Shown: piece by piece, positions 19,153-27,197 of the stretch
Layout: every line of letters starts with the position of its first letter
How positions within the stretch are numbered: position 1 is the first letter of the stretch
Virus record (IMG/VR): IMGVR_UViG_3300030514_000035
Coordinates: 51,027 to 115,026 of that record
Direction: 5' to 3' (one strand)
DNA from: a virus
DNA: 64,000 nucleotides
The notes under the pieces: model-generated
Told to the model about the DNA's origin: nothing
Database searches by the model: none
Seen by the model: only the letters and a program-made list of their open reading frames with translations
Program-made: the position numbers and the translations under genes

Positions 19153-19566
19153 ATGAATGTAACTGCTATTAAACCAACGAAAACTGATGTGGCTATTTAT
19201 CAAGATGCAATTAAACGTGCTCCAACTCAACGTGAACTTGTTCTGAATACTTTGCGAGAAGCAGGAGATAAAGGCGTTCTCAATACAGACTTAGTAAAGC
19301 TATGTATCCGTTACACTGGTAGACTTGCTGAGTTATATCAAATGGGATATAAAGTAGATGTTGAGTATATTGAGAAGGGCGTTTGTATCTATACACTTGT
19401 ATCAGAGCCAGCCAAGCCGATCACGGAAGTTCCTAAAGCTATCTCTGTTTTGGCTAAGGAAATTGATGAACAGTTCCACGGTGCTATTACTACTGAAAAT
19501 CTAATTCAGTTACTACAAGATAAGAACTTCAATGTGGTTCGCAGAGGCGGTAGCCACAAAAAGTAA
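19153..19566 (+). CDS. winged helix-turn-helix protein
   Basis: VLNTLREAG..GV.N..L...RYTGRL.ELY..GY.V pattern; ATG 19153 after ggagg. Confidence 0.6.
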   Translation: MNVTAIKPTKTDVAIYQDAIKRAPTQRELVLNTLREAGDKGVLNTDLVKLCIRYTGRLAELYQMGYKVDVEYIEKGVCIYTLVSEPAKPITEVPKAISVLAKEIDEQFHGAITTENLIQLLQDKNFNVVRRGGSHKK

Positions 19567-19584
19567 TACCCTTAAACAAAAGTA

Positions 19585-19613
19585 TTGACGTAATAATATA
19601 CGAGTGATATACT
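19585..19613 (+). promoter_or_regulatory. sigmaA-type promoter
   Basis: TTGACG-17-TATACT with TG; -35 lies within a motif copy. Confidence 0.7.
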
Positions 19614-19644
19614 AATTATAGTTAAAAAATTGGAGGAAACAAAC

Positions 19645-20673
19645 ATGAATAACCTAAGTAACGAAAGTCGAGTAATGCTTTTCACACACAACGATTTAGA
19701 TGGCATTGGATGCGAGATTGTAGGGAAATTAGCCTTTGATAATATCGAAGTTAAGAATACACGTAATCCTCAAGATGCAAGCAATGAAGTAGAAGCGTTC
19801 ATCAATGCTGGACGACACAAGAGTTTTGACGCAATCTTTATCACAGATATCTCAGTTACTGAGCGAGTTGCTGATATGATTGACGACTTAGATGCAAATG
19901 AAATGTTTAAGTTCTATCTTCTAGACCATCATAAAACAGCAGGAGACCTAAACAAGCGTGTATGGGCAGAGGTTGAAGTAAATGGAGTCATTGGATTAAA
20001 CTCAGGAACAAACATGTTCTATGAATATCTTCGTCACGAAGGATTCTTCAAAACAGAAATCTATCGAGATGCAATTCAAGTATTTGTTGAAAAGGTTCGC
20101 AGATATGATTGTTGGGAATGGAAGACAAGATACGATGACCTAGAAGCAGGAGCGTTAAATCAACTGTTTTGGTTGCTAGGGCGTAACGTGTTTACATCTA
20201 AGATGATTCGTAAATTCAAGGCAAATCAATTCTTTAGTGTGAGTGAAGGTTCATGGCTAGAAATGTTCGATAGTGTTGATCGTGCAATCATAGACATTGA
20301 TAATCACAAGAAAGAACTATACGTTAAGATGAAAGAGCGTCAAATGAAGACAACTGAATTCTTAGGCAATCAAGTAGGAGTAGTGTTCGCAGAGCAATAT
20401 ATCTCTGAATTAGGAAATGAGTTATCTGAACGCAACCCACACTTAAAATACATCATGCTTATTGATATGGGTGGTAACAAAGTGTCTCTACGCACAATTC
20501 ACGATGACATTAACCTAGGCACAGAAGTTGCTAAGCGATTTGGTGGCGGTGGTCACGCAAAAGCTTCAGGATTTGTATTCGATGAATCAGTAGTAAAACA
20601 CTCAGTTAACTTAATCACAGAAGTTGGAATCGTTTCAAAATTACGAAAATTTGTTGACAAGTTTTCTAAATAA
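19645..20673 (+). CDS. DHH/DHHA1 phosphoesterase (NrnB-like nanoRNase)
   Basis: THNDLDG, TDIS, LDHH, SLR, GGGGHAKASG. Confidence 0.88.
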   Translation: MNNLSNESRVMLFTHNDLDGIGCEIVGKLAFDNIEVKNTRNPQDASNEVEAFINAGRHKSFDAIFITDISVTERVADMIDDLDANEMFKFYLLDHHKTAGDLNKRVWAEVEVNGVIGLNSGTNMFYEYLRHEGFFKTEIYRDAIQVFVEKVRRYDCWEWKTRYDDLEAGALNQLFWLLGRNVFTSKMIRKFKANQFFSVSEGSWLEMFDSVDRAIIDIDNHKKELYVKMKERQMKTTEFLGNQVGVVFAEQYISELGNELSERNPHLKYIMLIDMGGNKVSLRTIHDDINLGTEVAKRFGGGGHAKASGFVFDESVVKHSVNLITEVGIVSKLRKFVDKFSK

Positions 20674-20682
20674 TAGTATAAT
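20654..20682 (+). promoter_or_regulatory. sigmaA-type promoter
   Basis: TTGACA-17-TATATT. Confidence 0.6.
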
Positions 20683-20785
20683 TAATGGTGAGGTAGGAAG
20701 TACCTAACTTTTTATCTTACCATTAAGCAAAAGTATTGACATGGTGAGAGTGAGGTGAAGAGACACTAAATAAAGGAGAATTAAC

Positions 20786-20950
20786 ATGGAAGTTAAACAA
20801 TGGACAACATTAGAACTTGTTGAGTTCCTAAACTCATACAACAGAGTATTTAAAGAAAATGAAGCTGAGGCTTTGAAATATAAAGAGTTATACGTTAAGG
20901 CATTTAATGAATTGAATAAACGTAGCCCACTATTAGCGATGGTTTACTAG
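20786..20950 (+). CDS. hypothetical protein (54 aa)
   Basis: MEVKQWTTLELVEFLNS...; aaggag RBS; below the ORF-track cutoff. Confidence 0.65.
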   Translation: MEVKQWTTLELVEFLNSYNRVFKENEAEALKYKELYVKAFNELNKRSPLLAMVY

Positions 20951-20960
20951 GAGGTTAAGC

Positions 20961-21299
20961 ATGGAAGAAAGAGATGTATGGTATCCAAAGTACGATAGAG
21001 TCTCAGTCGTAGTAATTGTTGACAATGAAGAAGACAAGATTCATTACTTCAAGCTATTTAGACTTATGCTTGCTAATGACATCATTAGAGGTCATTCATC
21101 AAAGCATAATTTATATATTGAATCAGATAAGTTCTTTATAAGATTTCTTGTCAAAGGAGAGGACATGAGAGGTTACAGAGCGCACTATGTATTAAATCTC
21201 ACTCAAGACAAGGAGTTTGATGACTTCATTGCAAAGCCAATGACAAGAATTCATGACTACCTTGAGAAAGACCCTAACTGGTTTAGTTTAGTCAAATAA
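20961..21299 (+). CDS. hypothetical phage protein
   Basis: ORF track; aggaggt RBS. Confidence 0.75.
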   Translation: MEERDVWYPKYDRVSVVVIVDNEEDKIHYFKLFRLMLANDIIRGHSSKHNLYIESDKFFIRFLVKGEDMRGYRAHYVLNLTQDKEFDDFIAKPMTRIHDYLEKDPNWFSLVK

Positions 21300-21308
21300 C
21301 AATAAGAG

Positions 21309-21767
21309 GTGATAGCGTTGGTAGATGATTTACTAGGATTCCTAGAAGATAACAATATTAAGCCTGACCCATCAAAGAATCAAGCTATCGCTTTTAAGGA
21401 CACTATCCTCTATCTATACGTAGAGGATGGGATTCCTACATTACACGTAGAGCGCATTGATAGCGTTGAACTCTTCCACGATGTAAGCATTGAACATTTC
21501 ATTGACGATGAGGATATGGCTATGTTTGATGAATACGATGATGAAGATTGGGAAGATGAGTACGATGAGGACTTCGAAATCGAGCAAGAGATAATCAGAC
21601 AGGAAGCTGAAAAGGCTCTTATCAAGGAGTTACTCAAAGATACTGTAGATGGCTTGCTAGATAAGTACAATATTGTAATGGATATGTACAATGAATTCGG
21701 AGACGAAGAGTATAAACAACGTGCCGATCAGATTCTAGAAGACTTAAAGAAAACCAAATTAGAATAG
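21309..21767 (+). CDS. highly acidic hypothetical protein
   Basis: DDEDMAMFDEYDDEDWEDEYDEDFEIEQE tract. Confidence 0.7.
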   Translation: MIALVDDLLGFLEDNNIKPDPSKNQAIAFKDTILYLYVEDGIPTLHVERIDSVELFHDVSIEHFIDDEDMAMFDEYDDEDWEDEYDEDFEIEQEIIRQEAEKALIKELLKDTVDGLLDKYNIVMDMYNEFGDEEYKQRADQILEDLKKTKLE

Positions 21768-21783
21768 GCTGTAGGAGGCAATT

Positions 21784-22008
21784 ATGAAGGATAAAGTATT
21801 TGTACAATTAAAAGAATCTAATTTAGTTCATGCTGTTCCAATTACACATGGTTCTAAGTTTGAAGTAGACAAAATGTATTTCTTTGACGCATTTATAGCA
21901 AACACTAATAACGTTGCAAAGGCTCTTAAGCTATTCGACCTTGTAATTGAAGATGTAACTTTAAGTGGTGTAATCATTCGATTTGATGAAAAACAGGGAG
22001 GCAATTGA
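21784..22008 (+). CDS. hypothetical phage protein
   Basis: ORF track; aggagg RBS. Confidence 0.7.
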   Translation: MKDKVFVQLKESNLVHAVPITHGSKFEVDKMYFFDAFIANTNNVAKALKLFDLVIEDVTLSGVIIRFDEKQGGN

Positions 22009-22009
22009 T

Positions 22010-22294
22010 ATGAAATTAGATATTACTAAACCTGATAAGGCAGTAAGAGTTGATAAAGGAGATATGGTTGTCCTTAAAAGAGATATTTATAAAGACTTTA
22101 TTCATTTTCTAATAGTTCAAGATAAGGTGACTAATGAATATTGCTTGTTAAATTTAGAAGTAAATAATGTACTGGCAAATGTCAGAGGAGAAACTATCGG
22201 AGAGTTGGTTGTAGAAATGACCAAGCGCCTTAAAGGTGAAATCTACGAAGTAGTCTCATCTGAGAACCTAGTACTATCTCGTAAGAGTAACTAA
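22010..22294 (+). CDS. hypothetical small beta-rich protein
   Basis: ORF 21983..22294; ATG 22010 after gggagg. Confidence 0.7.
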   Translation: MKLDITKPDKAVRVDKGDMVVLKRDIYKDFIHFLIVQDKVTNEYCLLNLEVNNVLANVRGETIGELVVEMTKRLKGEIYEVVSSENLVLSRKSN

Positions 22295-22332
22295 TAAAAC
22301 CCATATATTATTAACTTTTAGGAGGCAGTACC

Positions 22333-22563
22333 TTGGAGGCACGACTAGCAGAAATCATAGACAAATATGAAGATAAGGTTCTTAGTTCATTTTTAAACAA
22401 TGAAGTTTATGATGATATCAAATATCTTATAGCAAAAGTTGAATCTTTCGAAGATACATTCGCATGGCTACAAACATTAAGTAGGCGTGAAGATATCATC
22501 AGAATCACAGAACTCGAATACAAGATTCAAGAACTAATGAAAACTCAGGAGGCAACATCATGA
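22333..22563 (+). CDS. hypothetical phage protein
   Basis: ORF track; aggagg RBS, TTG start. Confidence 0.65.
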   Translation: MEARLAEIIDKYEDKVLSSFLNNEVYDDIKYLIAKVESFEDTFAWLQTLSRREDIIRITELEYKIQELMKTQEATS

Positions 22564-23027
22564 AATATTCAAGATTCGATAAATTAGTAGTAACAAGTGA
22601 ATTTGGATTTTTAGTAACGCCACACCGATACATGCGCTTCGAAGAGGGAAGAAAAATGTCTGTTTTAGACCCAAGGGAAAGCGATGAAATGTATCTTGTG
22701 AGCAGTCAGGATGTAGTGTTTTATATCGACAAAGAGACACTAGAGTTTTCAACAGAACCGCATGACTTAAACAACAAGCAGTACAGCAAGGTAATTGAAT
22801 CAGGCTTAACTTATGGTCAAGCTATGGAAAAGTTACTAGTTGAAGGTAAAATGGTTACTCGTAAAGTTTGGGATGGATATTGGACTGTTCAGACGCTTGG
22901 AAATCTAACTGGTGAACCAGCATGGCATGGTAGATTTATTGTAGCAAAGCTTAAGAATGGTGGTTTTGCAGTAGCATCTCCATATCAAGAAGATATGTTT
23001 GCTACAGATTGGATGGTAGTAGAGTAA
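22560..23027 (+). CDS. protein with C-terminal DUF2829 / Tad2-like domain
   Basis: LTYGQAMEKL...GKMVTRKVWDGYW...SPYQEDMFATDW in the C-terminal ~75 aa; extra ~80-aa N-terminal domain. Confidence 0.7.
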   Translation: MKYSRFDKLVVTSEFGFLVTPHRYMRFEEGRKMSVLDPRESDEMYLVSSQDVVFYIDKETLEFSTEPHDLNNKQYSKVIESGLTYGQAMEKLLVEGKMVTRKVWDGYWTVQTLGNLTGEPAWHGRFIVAKLKNGGFAVASPYQEDMFATDWMVVE

Positions 23028-23059
23028 GTCAAACTATAAACGAAAAGGGGATACTAATC

Positions 23060-23365
23060 ATGGCAGTAAAAGTAAATGATGTTTATAAACATTGGGGGAA
23101 TAGAAAGAAGTACAAAACTATCGCAATTGCATTACCATTTAATGTGGCTGTTGGAGTTCTAGGTTCAGAAGGATCGGGCAAGGCTCTCCACACAGAAAAT
23201 GAGAAGCATATTCGATACTTCTCAGATGGCAACATCTACTACACTGAATGTGATGAGTACTTAGTGTTGTATCAACGCCAAGGTGAAAATACAGTTTATG
23301 CAAGACCAGTAGATATGTTCTTTGAACATGTAGATGGCGAAATTAGAAGATTCACAAAGCAATGA
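23060..23365 (+). CDS. DUF1653-like SH3-fold protein
   Basis: VYKHWG...KY.....A...H.EN...LVLYQ.....VYARPVDMF. Confidence 0.7.
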   Translation: MAVKVNDVYKHWGNRKKYKTIAIALPFNVAVGVLGSEGSGKALHTENEKHIRYFSDGNIYYTECDEYLVLYQRQGENTVYARPVDMFFEHVDGEIRRFTKQ

Positions 23366-23457
23366 GGGAATTCATTAAGGGTTGTTTTATTGGGTTTGGA
23401 TTATCACTTATATTATGGGCATTAATTATTATGGGATTTATTATTAAGACAAATTAA
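23362..23457 (+). CDS. 31-aa membrane peptide
   Basis: MREFIKGCFIGFGLSLILWALIIMGFIIKTN; ATGA overlap with the upstream stop. Confidence 0.55.
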   Translation: MREFIKGCFIGFGLSLILWALIIMGFIIKTN

Positions 23458-23486
23458 AACAAAAGTATTAACAAAGGAGAATTAAT

Positions 23487-23747
23487 ATGGAACAAAATCA
23501 AATTATCGAAGCAGAAGCAACAGAAGTAAAGGAAGAGGTAGAAACAAAGCCACTAGAAGTACGATTAATTATGAATGAAGGCGATCCGTTAGAGTTCACT
23601 ATTAACAGCTTACGACCTGAAGATTATCGTGCATGGATTGCTCAAACAGTATTTGATATGCACACAGGGCATCTATTATCAGGTATCTTCCTAGGCACAG
23701 CGTTCATTCCAATGGACAAAATCAAATTCTTTGAACAAATCGTTTAA
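23487..23747 (+). CDS. hypothetical phage protein
   Basis: ORF track; aaggag RBS. Confidence 0.75.
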   Translation: MEQNQIIEAEATEVKEEVETKPLEVRLIMNEGDPLEFTINSLRPEDYRAWIAQTVFDMHTGHLLSGIFLGTAFIPMDKIKFFEQIV

Positions 23748-23749
23748 TT

Positions 23750-23899
23750 ATGCGAAGAAAGCGTAGACGAAGACATTACTATCCAAGAAGGCGTTCAGAA
23801 TCAGAAGAGTACTTTAGACAATGGATGATTTGGGATATAGTGGGCGACTTCATCGAGATGTTAATTATGATACTTTTCTTTTGGAAAGATGGTGATTGA
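23750..23899 (+). CDS. 49-aa peptide with Arg-rich N-terminus and hydrophobic C-terminus
   Basis: MRRKRRRRHYYPRRRS...FIEMLIMILFFWKDGD; fills the operon gap; weak RBS. Confidence 0.45.
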   Translation: MRRKRRRRHYYPRRRSESEEYFRQWMIWDIVGDFIEMLIMILFFWKDGD

Positions 23900-24058
23900 G
23901 TGGAGGAGCAGTTAGTATTACTAAGCTTAAACAAGAATGAAATGAAGATGGTTCTAAGCGCACTGATTAAAGCAAATATTGCTACAGGCGCTACAGATGA
24001 AGACCTAATGGCATTACTAGCCAAGGTTGGCGGTAAAGCATCAGAATTCAGTAAATAA
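23900..24058 (+). CDS. hypothetical protein (52 aa)
   Basis: GTG start directly after the upstream stop; VEEQLVLLSLNKNEMKMVLSAL... Confidence 0.5.
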   Translation: MEEQLVLLSLNKNEMKMVLSALIKANIATGATDEDLMALLAKVGGKASEFSK

Positions 24059-24074
24059 GGAAGGATGGGTAGCA

Positions 24075-24632
24075 TTGACTCAATTTGTTATGAGTTACGA
24101 TGAACTACCCATTTCAGTTAATAACTACATTCGTCCATCAGCGAGAATCGTTAATGGCAAGGCATTGATTCATTTATTTGAGACAAAAGAGAGTAAAGAT
24201 TGGAAGAAGAGATTTCAGGCTTATTTAAAGCGTGAAGTTACTAGACAGAAATGGGATATAGAATTAACAAAAGAAGGACATTGGACATTAGAGTGTGTGT
24301 TCATTCAGTCTAGAACAAATCAAGACAATAACAACTATTTCAAAGTGCTCTGTGACTCACTCACTGGCATAGTAATTGAGGATGATAAGAATGTGCTAGT
24401 GCAAACCAAACGAGTACTTTATGACGCTAAGCATCCTAAGTTCTATGCAGTATTGAGACCAGTTGACTATATAGGTATTTTTAACAACAAAGAGGCAGAA
24501 GCAGAATTCATTGTACACAACTGTTCTATATGTAATAAAAACCAAGACAAATGTACTATTCTCAGAAAAGCTAGAGAAGGTAGAATCCAAGAAGATGTAG
24601 AAGGCAATATATGTAAAAAGAAGAAGGGGTAA
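24075..24632 (+). CDS. rusA: RusA-family Holliday junction resolvase
   Basis: ISVNNY, KDWK, QDNNNYFKVLCDSLTG...DDKNV; C-terminal CxxC; start TTG 24075 after aaggaagg. Confidence 0.75.
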   Translation: MTQFVMSYDELPISVNNYIRPSARIVNGKALIHLFETKESKDWKKRFQAYLKREVTRQKWDIELTKEGHWTLECVFIQSRTNQDNNNYFKVLCDSLTGIVIEDDKNVLVQTKRVLYDAKHPKFYAVLRPVDYIGIFNNKEAEAEFIVHNCSICNKNQDKCTILRKAREGRIQEDVEGNICKKKKG

Positions 24633-24653
24633 ATTTACCTTCTTCTTTTTTTT
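24615..24653 (+). terminator. intrinsic terminator (likely bidirectional)
   Basis: aaaaagaagaagg-ggtaaattta-ccttcttctttttttt. Confidence 0.8.
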
Positions 24654-24674
24654 GTAAAATCTGTCCCAAAAGTG

Positions 24675-24702
24675 TTTACTTTTGTCCAAATCAGTATATA
24701 CT
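24675..24702 (+). promoter_or_regulatory. probable sigmaA promoter of the DGQHR-XRE operon
   Basis: TTTACT-16-TATACT directly after a terminator. Confidence 0.45.
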
Positions 24703-24753
24703 TAAGTTAATCCATAAGACGAACTTGTTAAAATTTAAAGGAGGAAGGTATTT

Positions 24754-25113
24754 ATGGGCGAATATAGAATTAACGTTTATGAAGATGATTATAGGGAAAA
24801 AGTTGTAGCGAGGGTTCGATATAACAAAAATCTTGATAGTTGGGATGGACACGAATATAACAGTGGTAAAGGGCTTCACAAGGGGATTACGAAGCTTAGA
24901 GATGGAAGATATGTTATCATTCATGGCTCTCAATGGCAAGGCAGTGTAGATTATGGAACTATTGTCTCCGCAGAGGAAGCATTACAAGAAATTCTCAAAA
25001 GTGGGAACAGTGAACTATTGAAAACTAAGAAGTTTAAAGGTTTAAATGAGTTGTACAAATCAACTATGTTGAGTGAAGAAGAAGAGGATGAACTCATAGA
25101 GGAGGAAGTTTAA
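24754..25113 (+). CDS. hypothetical protein with acidic tail
   Basis: ORF track; aggagg RBS. Confidence 0.75.
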   Translation: MGEYRINVYEDDYREKVVARVRYNKNLDSWDGHEYNSGKGLHKGITKLRDGRYVIIHGSQWQGSVDYGTIVSAEEALQEILKSGNSELLKTKKFKGLNELYKSTMLSEEEEDELIEEEV

Positions 25114-26325
25114 TTGGCAAAAGAGCAAAAACAACACCTTCCAGTATTTGATACAAAAGCAGACCTAGAAACGAAGCAAATGGCTCAGTTATCTGCTATC
25201 AAAGGATCGCAATTTGGCAAGGATGTTTATTCATCAGTTATTAAATTCAAGGACTTGAAGAAGTTCTTAGAGATATTCCCTGCAGTACAACGTGATATTA
25301 TCCCTCGAAAAGTAGCTTCAATTAGACGCTACATCTTAAGTGGCTTAAATTCAGACGATGTTAATATGAGATTTTTCTCAGCAATGACAGTTACCTGTAA
25401 GGGAACATTGTTTTACGATGAGCGTCAGAATCGAGTAGCTATTGATACACAAGATTCAAAACTTTCAATTAACGATGGTCAACATAGATATGAGGCTGTA
25501 ATTACTGCATTAGAACATCTAGAGAAGGAGTTTGTCAAGAGTAAGGACAAGCTAAAGACATCTAGAATTCAACAGATGATATATGAGTTAAGAGAAATGG
25601 TTATCCCAATCATTATCTTTGATGATTTAAGCGAATCAGAAGAGAAGCAATTGTTCCATGACTTAAACAACTTGGCACAGCGTCCTTCACGAAATGCTAA
25701 TATTCGCCTTAATCAGACTGACCTATTCTCTAAAATGGCTAGAGAACTTGCTGAAAAGAACAAGTATTTTGTTCATTATGGAGTCGAAATGGACAAGATG
25801 TCTATTAGTGGGAAGAATAACCCTAATACAATCCTATTGAGTACTATCTACGAATCAATAAGAGAGATTCTAGGAGCAGAGTTAAAACAGGACTATGCAT
25901 TCTTAACTAATGAGAACTATGATGGACTTAAGATGGTTGTCAACGACACATTCTCTAAATTGTTCTATGCTTTGCCACCTGATATCGACACACGAGGCAA
26001 GTACATTACAGATAAGAGTTATGCAATCAAGGCTATCTGTAGATTCATCTGTCATGCTAGAAATTATATAGACCTTCAGTTGCCTGACCAAGAGATATTC
26101 GACATCATTCACAGCGTTGATTGGACTTATAACTTAAGCCAGTGGTCTAACTATGGTGGCGTTAAAGGTCAAAAAGGAAACATTGTCTTTGGAGGCGGTG
26201 GAGGCGGTGGATTCAGAGCAATCTACAGTATCCTAATGGAGAAAGCTACAGGTGAAAGACCTCAAGGTAGAAGAGCGACAGTTACATCAATTTCCGATAA
26301 AAGGAAGGCAGAAGTAGTCCGATGA
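25114..26325 (+). CDS. DGQHR / DndB-family (ParB-like) protein
   Basis: INDGQHRY motif, VQRD...KV..I..YI, QLFHDLN. Confidence 0.85.
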   Translation: MAKEQKQHLPVFDTKADLETKQMAQLSAIKGSQFGKDVYSSVIKFKDLKKFLEIFPAVQRDIIPRKVASIRRYILSGLNSDDVNMRFFSAMTVTCKGTLFYDERQNRVAIDTQDSKLSINDGQHRYEAVITALEHLEKEFVKSKDKLKTSRIQQMIYELREMVIPIIIFDDLSESEEKQLFHDLNNLAQRPSRNANIRLNQTDLFSKMARELAEKNKYFVHYGVEMDKMSISGKNNPNTILLSTIYESIREILGAELKQDYAFLTNENYDGLKMVVNDTFSKLFYALPPDIDTRGKYITDKSYAIKAICRFICHARNYIDLQLPDQEIFDIIHSVDWTYNLSQWSNYGGVKGQKGNIVFGGGGGGGFRAIYSILMEKATGERPQGRRATVTSISDKRKAEVVR

Positions 26326-26759
26326 CAGTAATGAAACACAAGTTAAATAAAGAACTGAGCAGACAGGTTTACGAAACATGCTCTGACAATATCCTTCCCA
26401 AACATTGCTACAATAATGTTTGGGAAGTTTTTGAAGAGTACACTGAATGTTTTAGAGAGAGAGATTGGAAGGTGGCATATGGATATGTTCATGCCACTAG
26501 TAATATGATGGCAAGACATTGCTTTATCGTCAATAGTAAGGGAGAGGCAATTGACCCAACGCTATATACTCTAAGCTTCTTTGATGAAAATAAAGAGCCT
26601 GAGTATGACCATGTATCCTTTAAACTTCTTGATTTCGATGAATATCTAACTGTTTTAGCCAAAAATGATAATCAGCCATCTTTATTCTTTGCATTTAGAA
26701 CTAAAGAACAAAAGGCTCATGAATGGGCTATGAATAATGGGATGGTGTTCATGGGTTGA
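26322..26759 (+). CDS. small protein with a transglutaminase/papain-like Cys-His-Asp pattern
   Basis: HCYNN...AYGY...ARHCF...IDPT; ATGA overlap with the DGQHR gene. Confidence 0.6.
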   Translation: MTVMKHKLNKELSRQVYETCSDNILPKHCYNNVWEVFEEYTECFRERDWKVAYGYVHATSNMMARHCFIVNSKGEAIDPTLYTLSFFDENKEPEYDHVSFKLLDFDEYLTVLAKNDNQPSLFFAFRTKEQKAHEWAMNNGMVFMG

Positions 26760-27073
26760 GTCATTTTACTAAAACATTAAAGAACCTTAGAGAATCAAGA
26801 GACTTTAGGGTTGAAGATATAGCTAGATGTCTAAAAGTAGCATCTAGTACATACTATTCATACGAGCAAGGTGTAAGAGAGCCTTCGTTTGAAACCTTGG
26901 TTGGAATATCTAAGCTGTACAATGTTTCAACTGACTATTTACTAGGCGTAGAAAGTGACAACTCATCACATCTCAAAGTCTTAACAAACAGTCTATCCGA
27001 GGATCAATTAGCTAATGTTGAGCAATATATAGAGTATTTACACTGGAAATCAAATGGAAAGAAATTCATCTAA
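26756..27073 (+). CDS. XRE-family HTH transcriptional regulator
   Basis: LKNLRE...IARCL.V..STYYSYEQG.REPS...L..IS.LYNVSTDYLLG. Confidence 0.9.
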   Translation: MSHFTKTLKNLRESRDFRVEDIARCLKVASSTYYSYEQGVREPSFETLVGISKLYNVSTDYLLGVESDNSSHLKVLTNSLSEDQLANVEQYIEYLHWKSNGKKFI

Positions 27074-27086
27074 TACCTGTATAATC

Positions 27087-27116
27087 AAGCGATGGTAGTA
27101 ACTCACCATCGCTTTT
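27087..27116 (+). terminator. intrinsic terminator
   Basis: aagcgatggt-agtaactc-accatcgctt-tt. Confidence 0.75.
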
Positions 27117-27197
27117 GTTTTACACTCATGGTTTAATATTTAAAGTGACAGTGACAAATTCATAAACTGTCAGTATAAATCATGAGGAGGGAAAACA

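Larger units (their letters stand above)
1724..23473 (+). promoter_or_regulatory. directional ~17-bp repeated motif TAA(A/G)CAAAAGTATT(G/A)A(C/T)A, plus-strand copies
   Basis: Intergenic or gene-boundary copies at 1724, 2785, 6538, 11389, 11688, 14405, 14484, 16995, 17072, 18790, 19573, 20724, 23457; inside dnaE at 5576 and 5787; partial at 9601. Confidence 0.9.

Noticed and set aside
25114-26325. Complete Dnd phosphorothioation system
   Set aside because: Only a DndB/DGQHR-like gene is present; there are no DndA/C/D/E-like neighbours.
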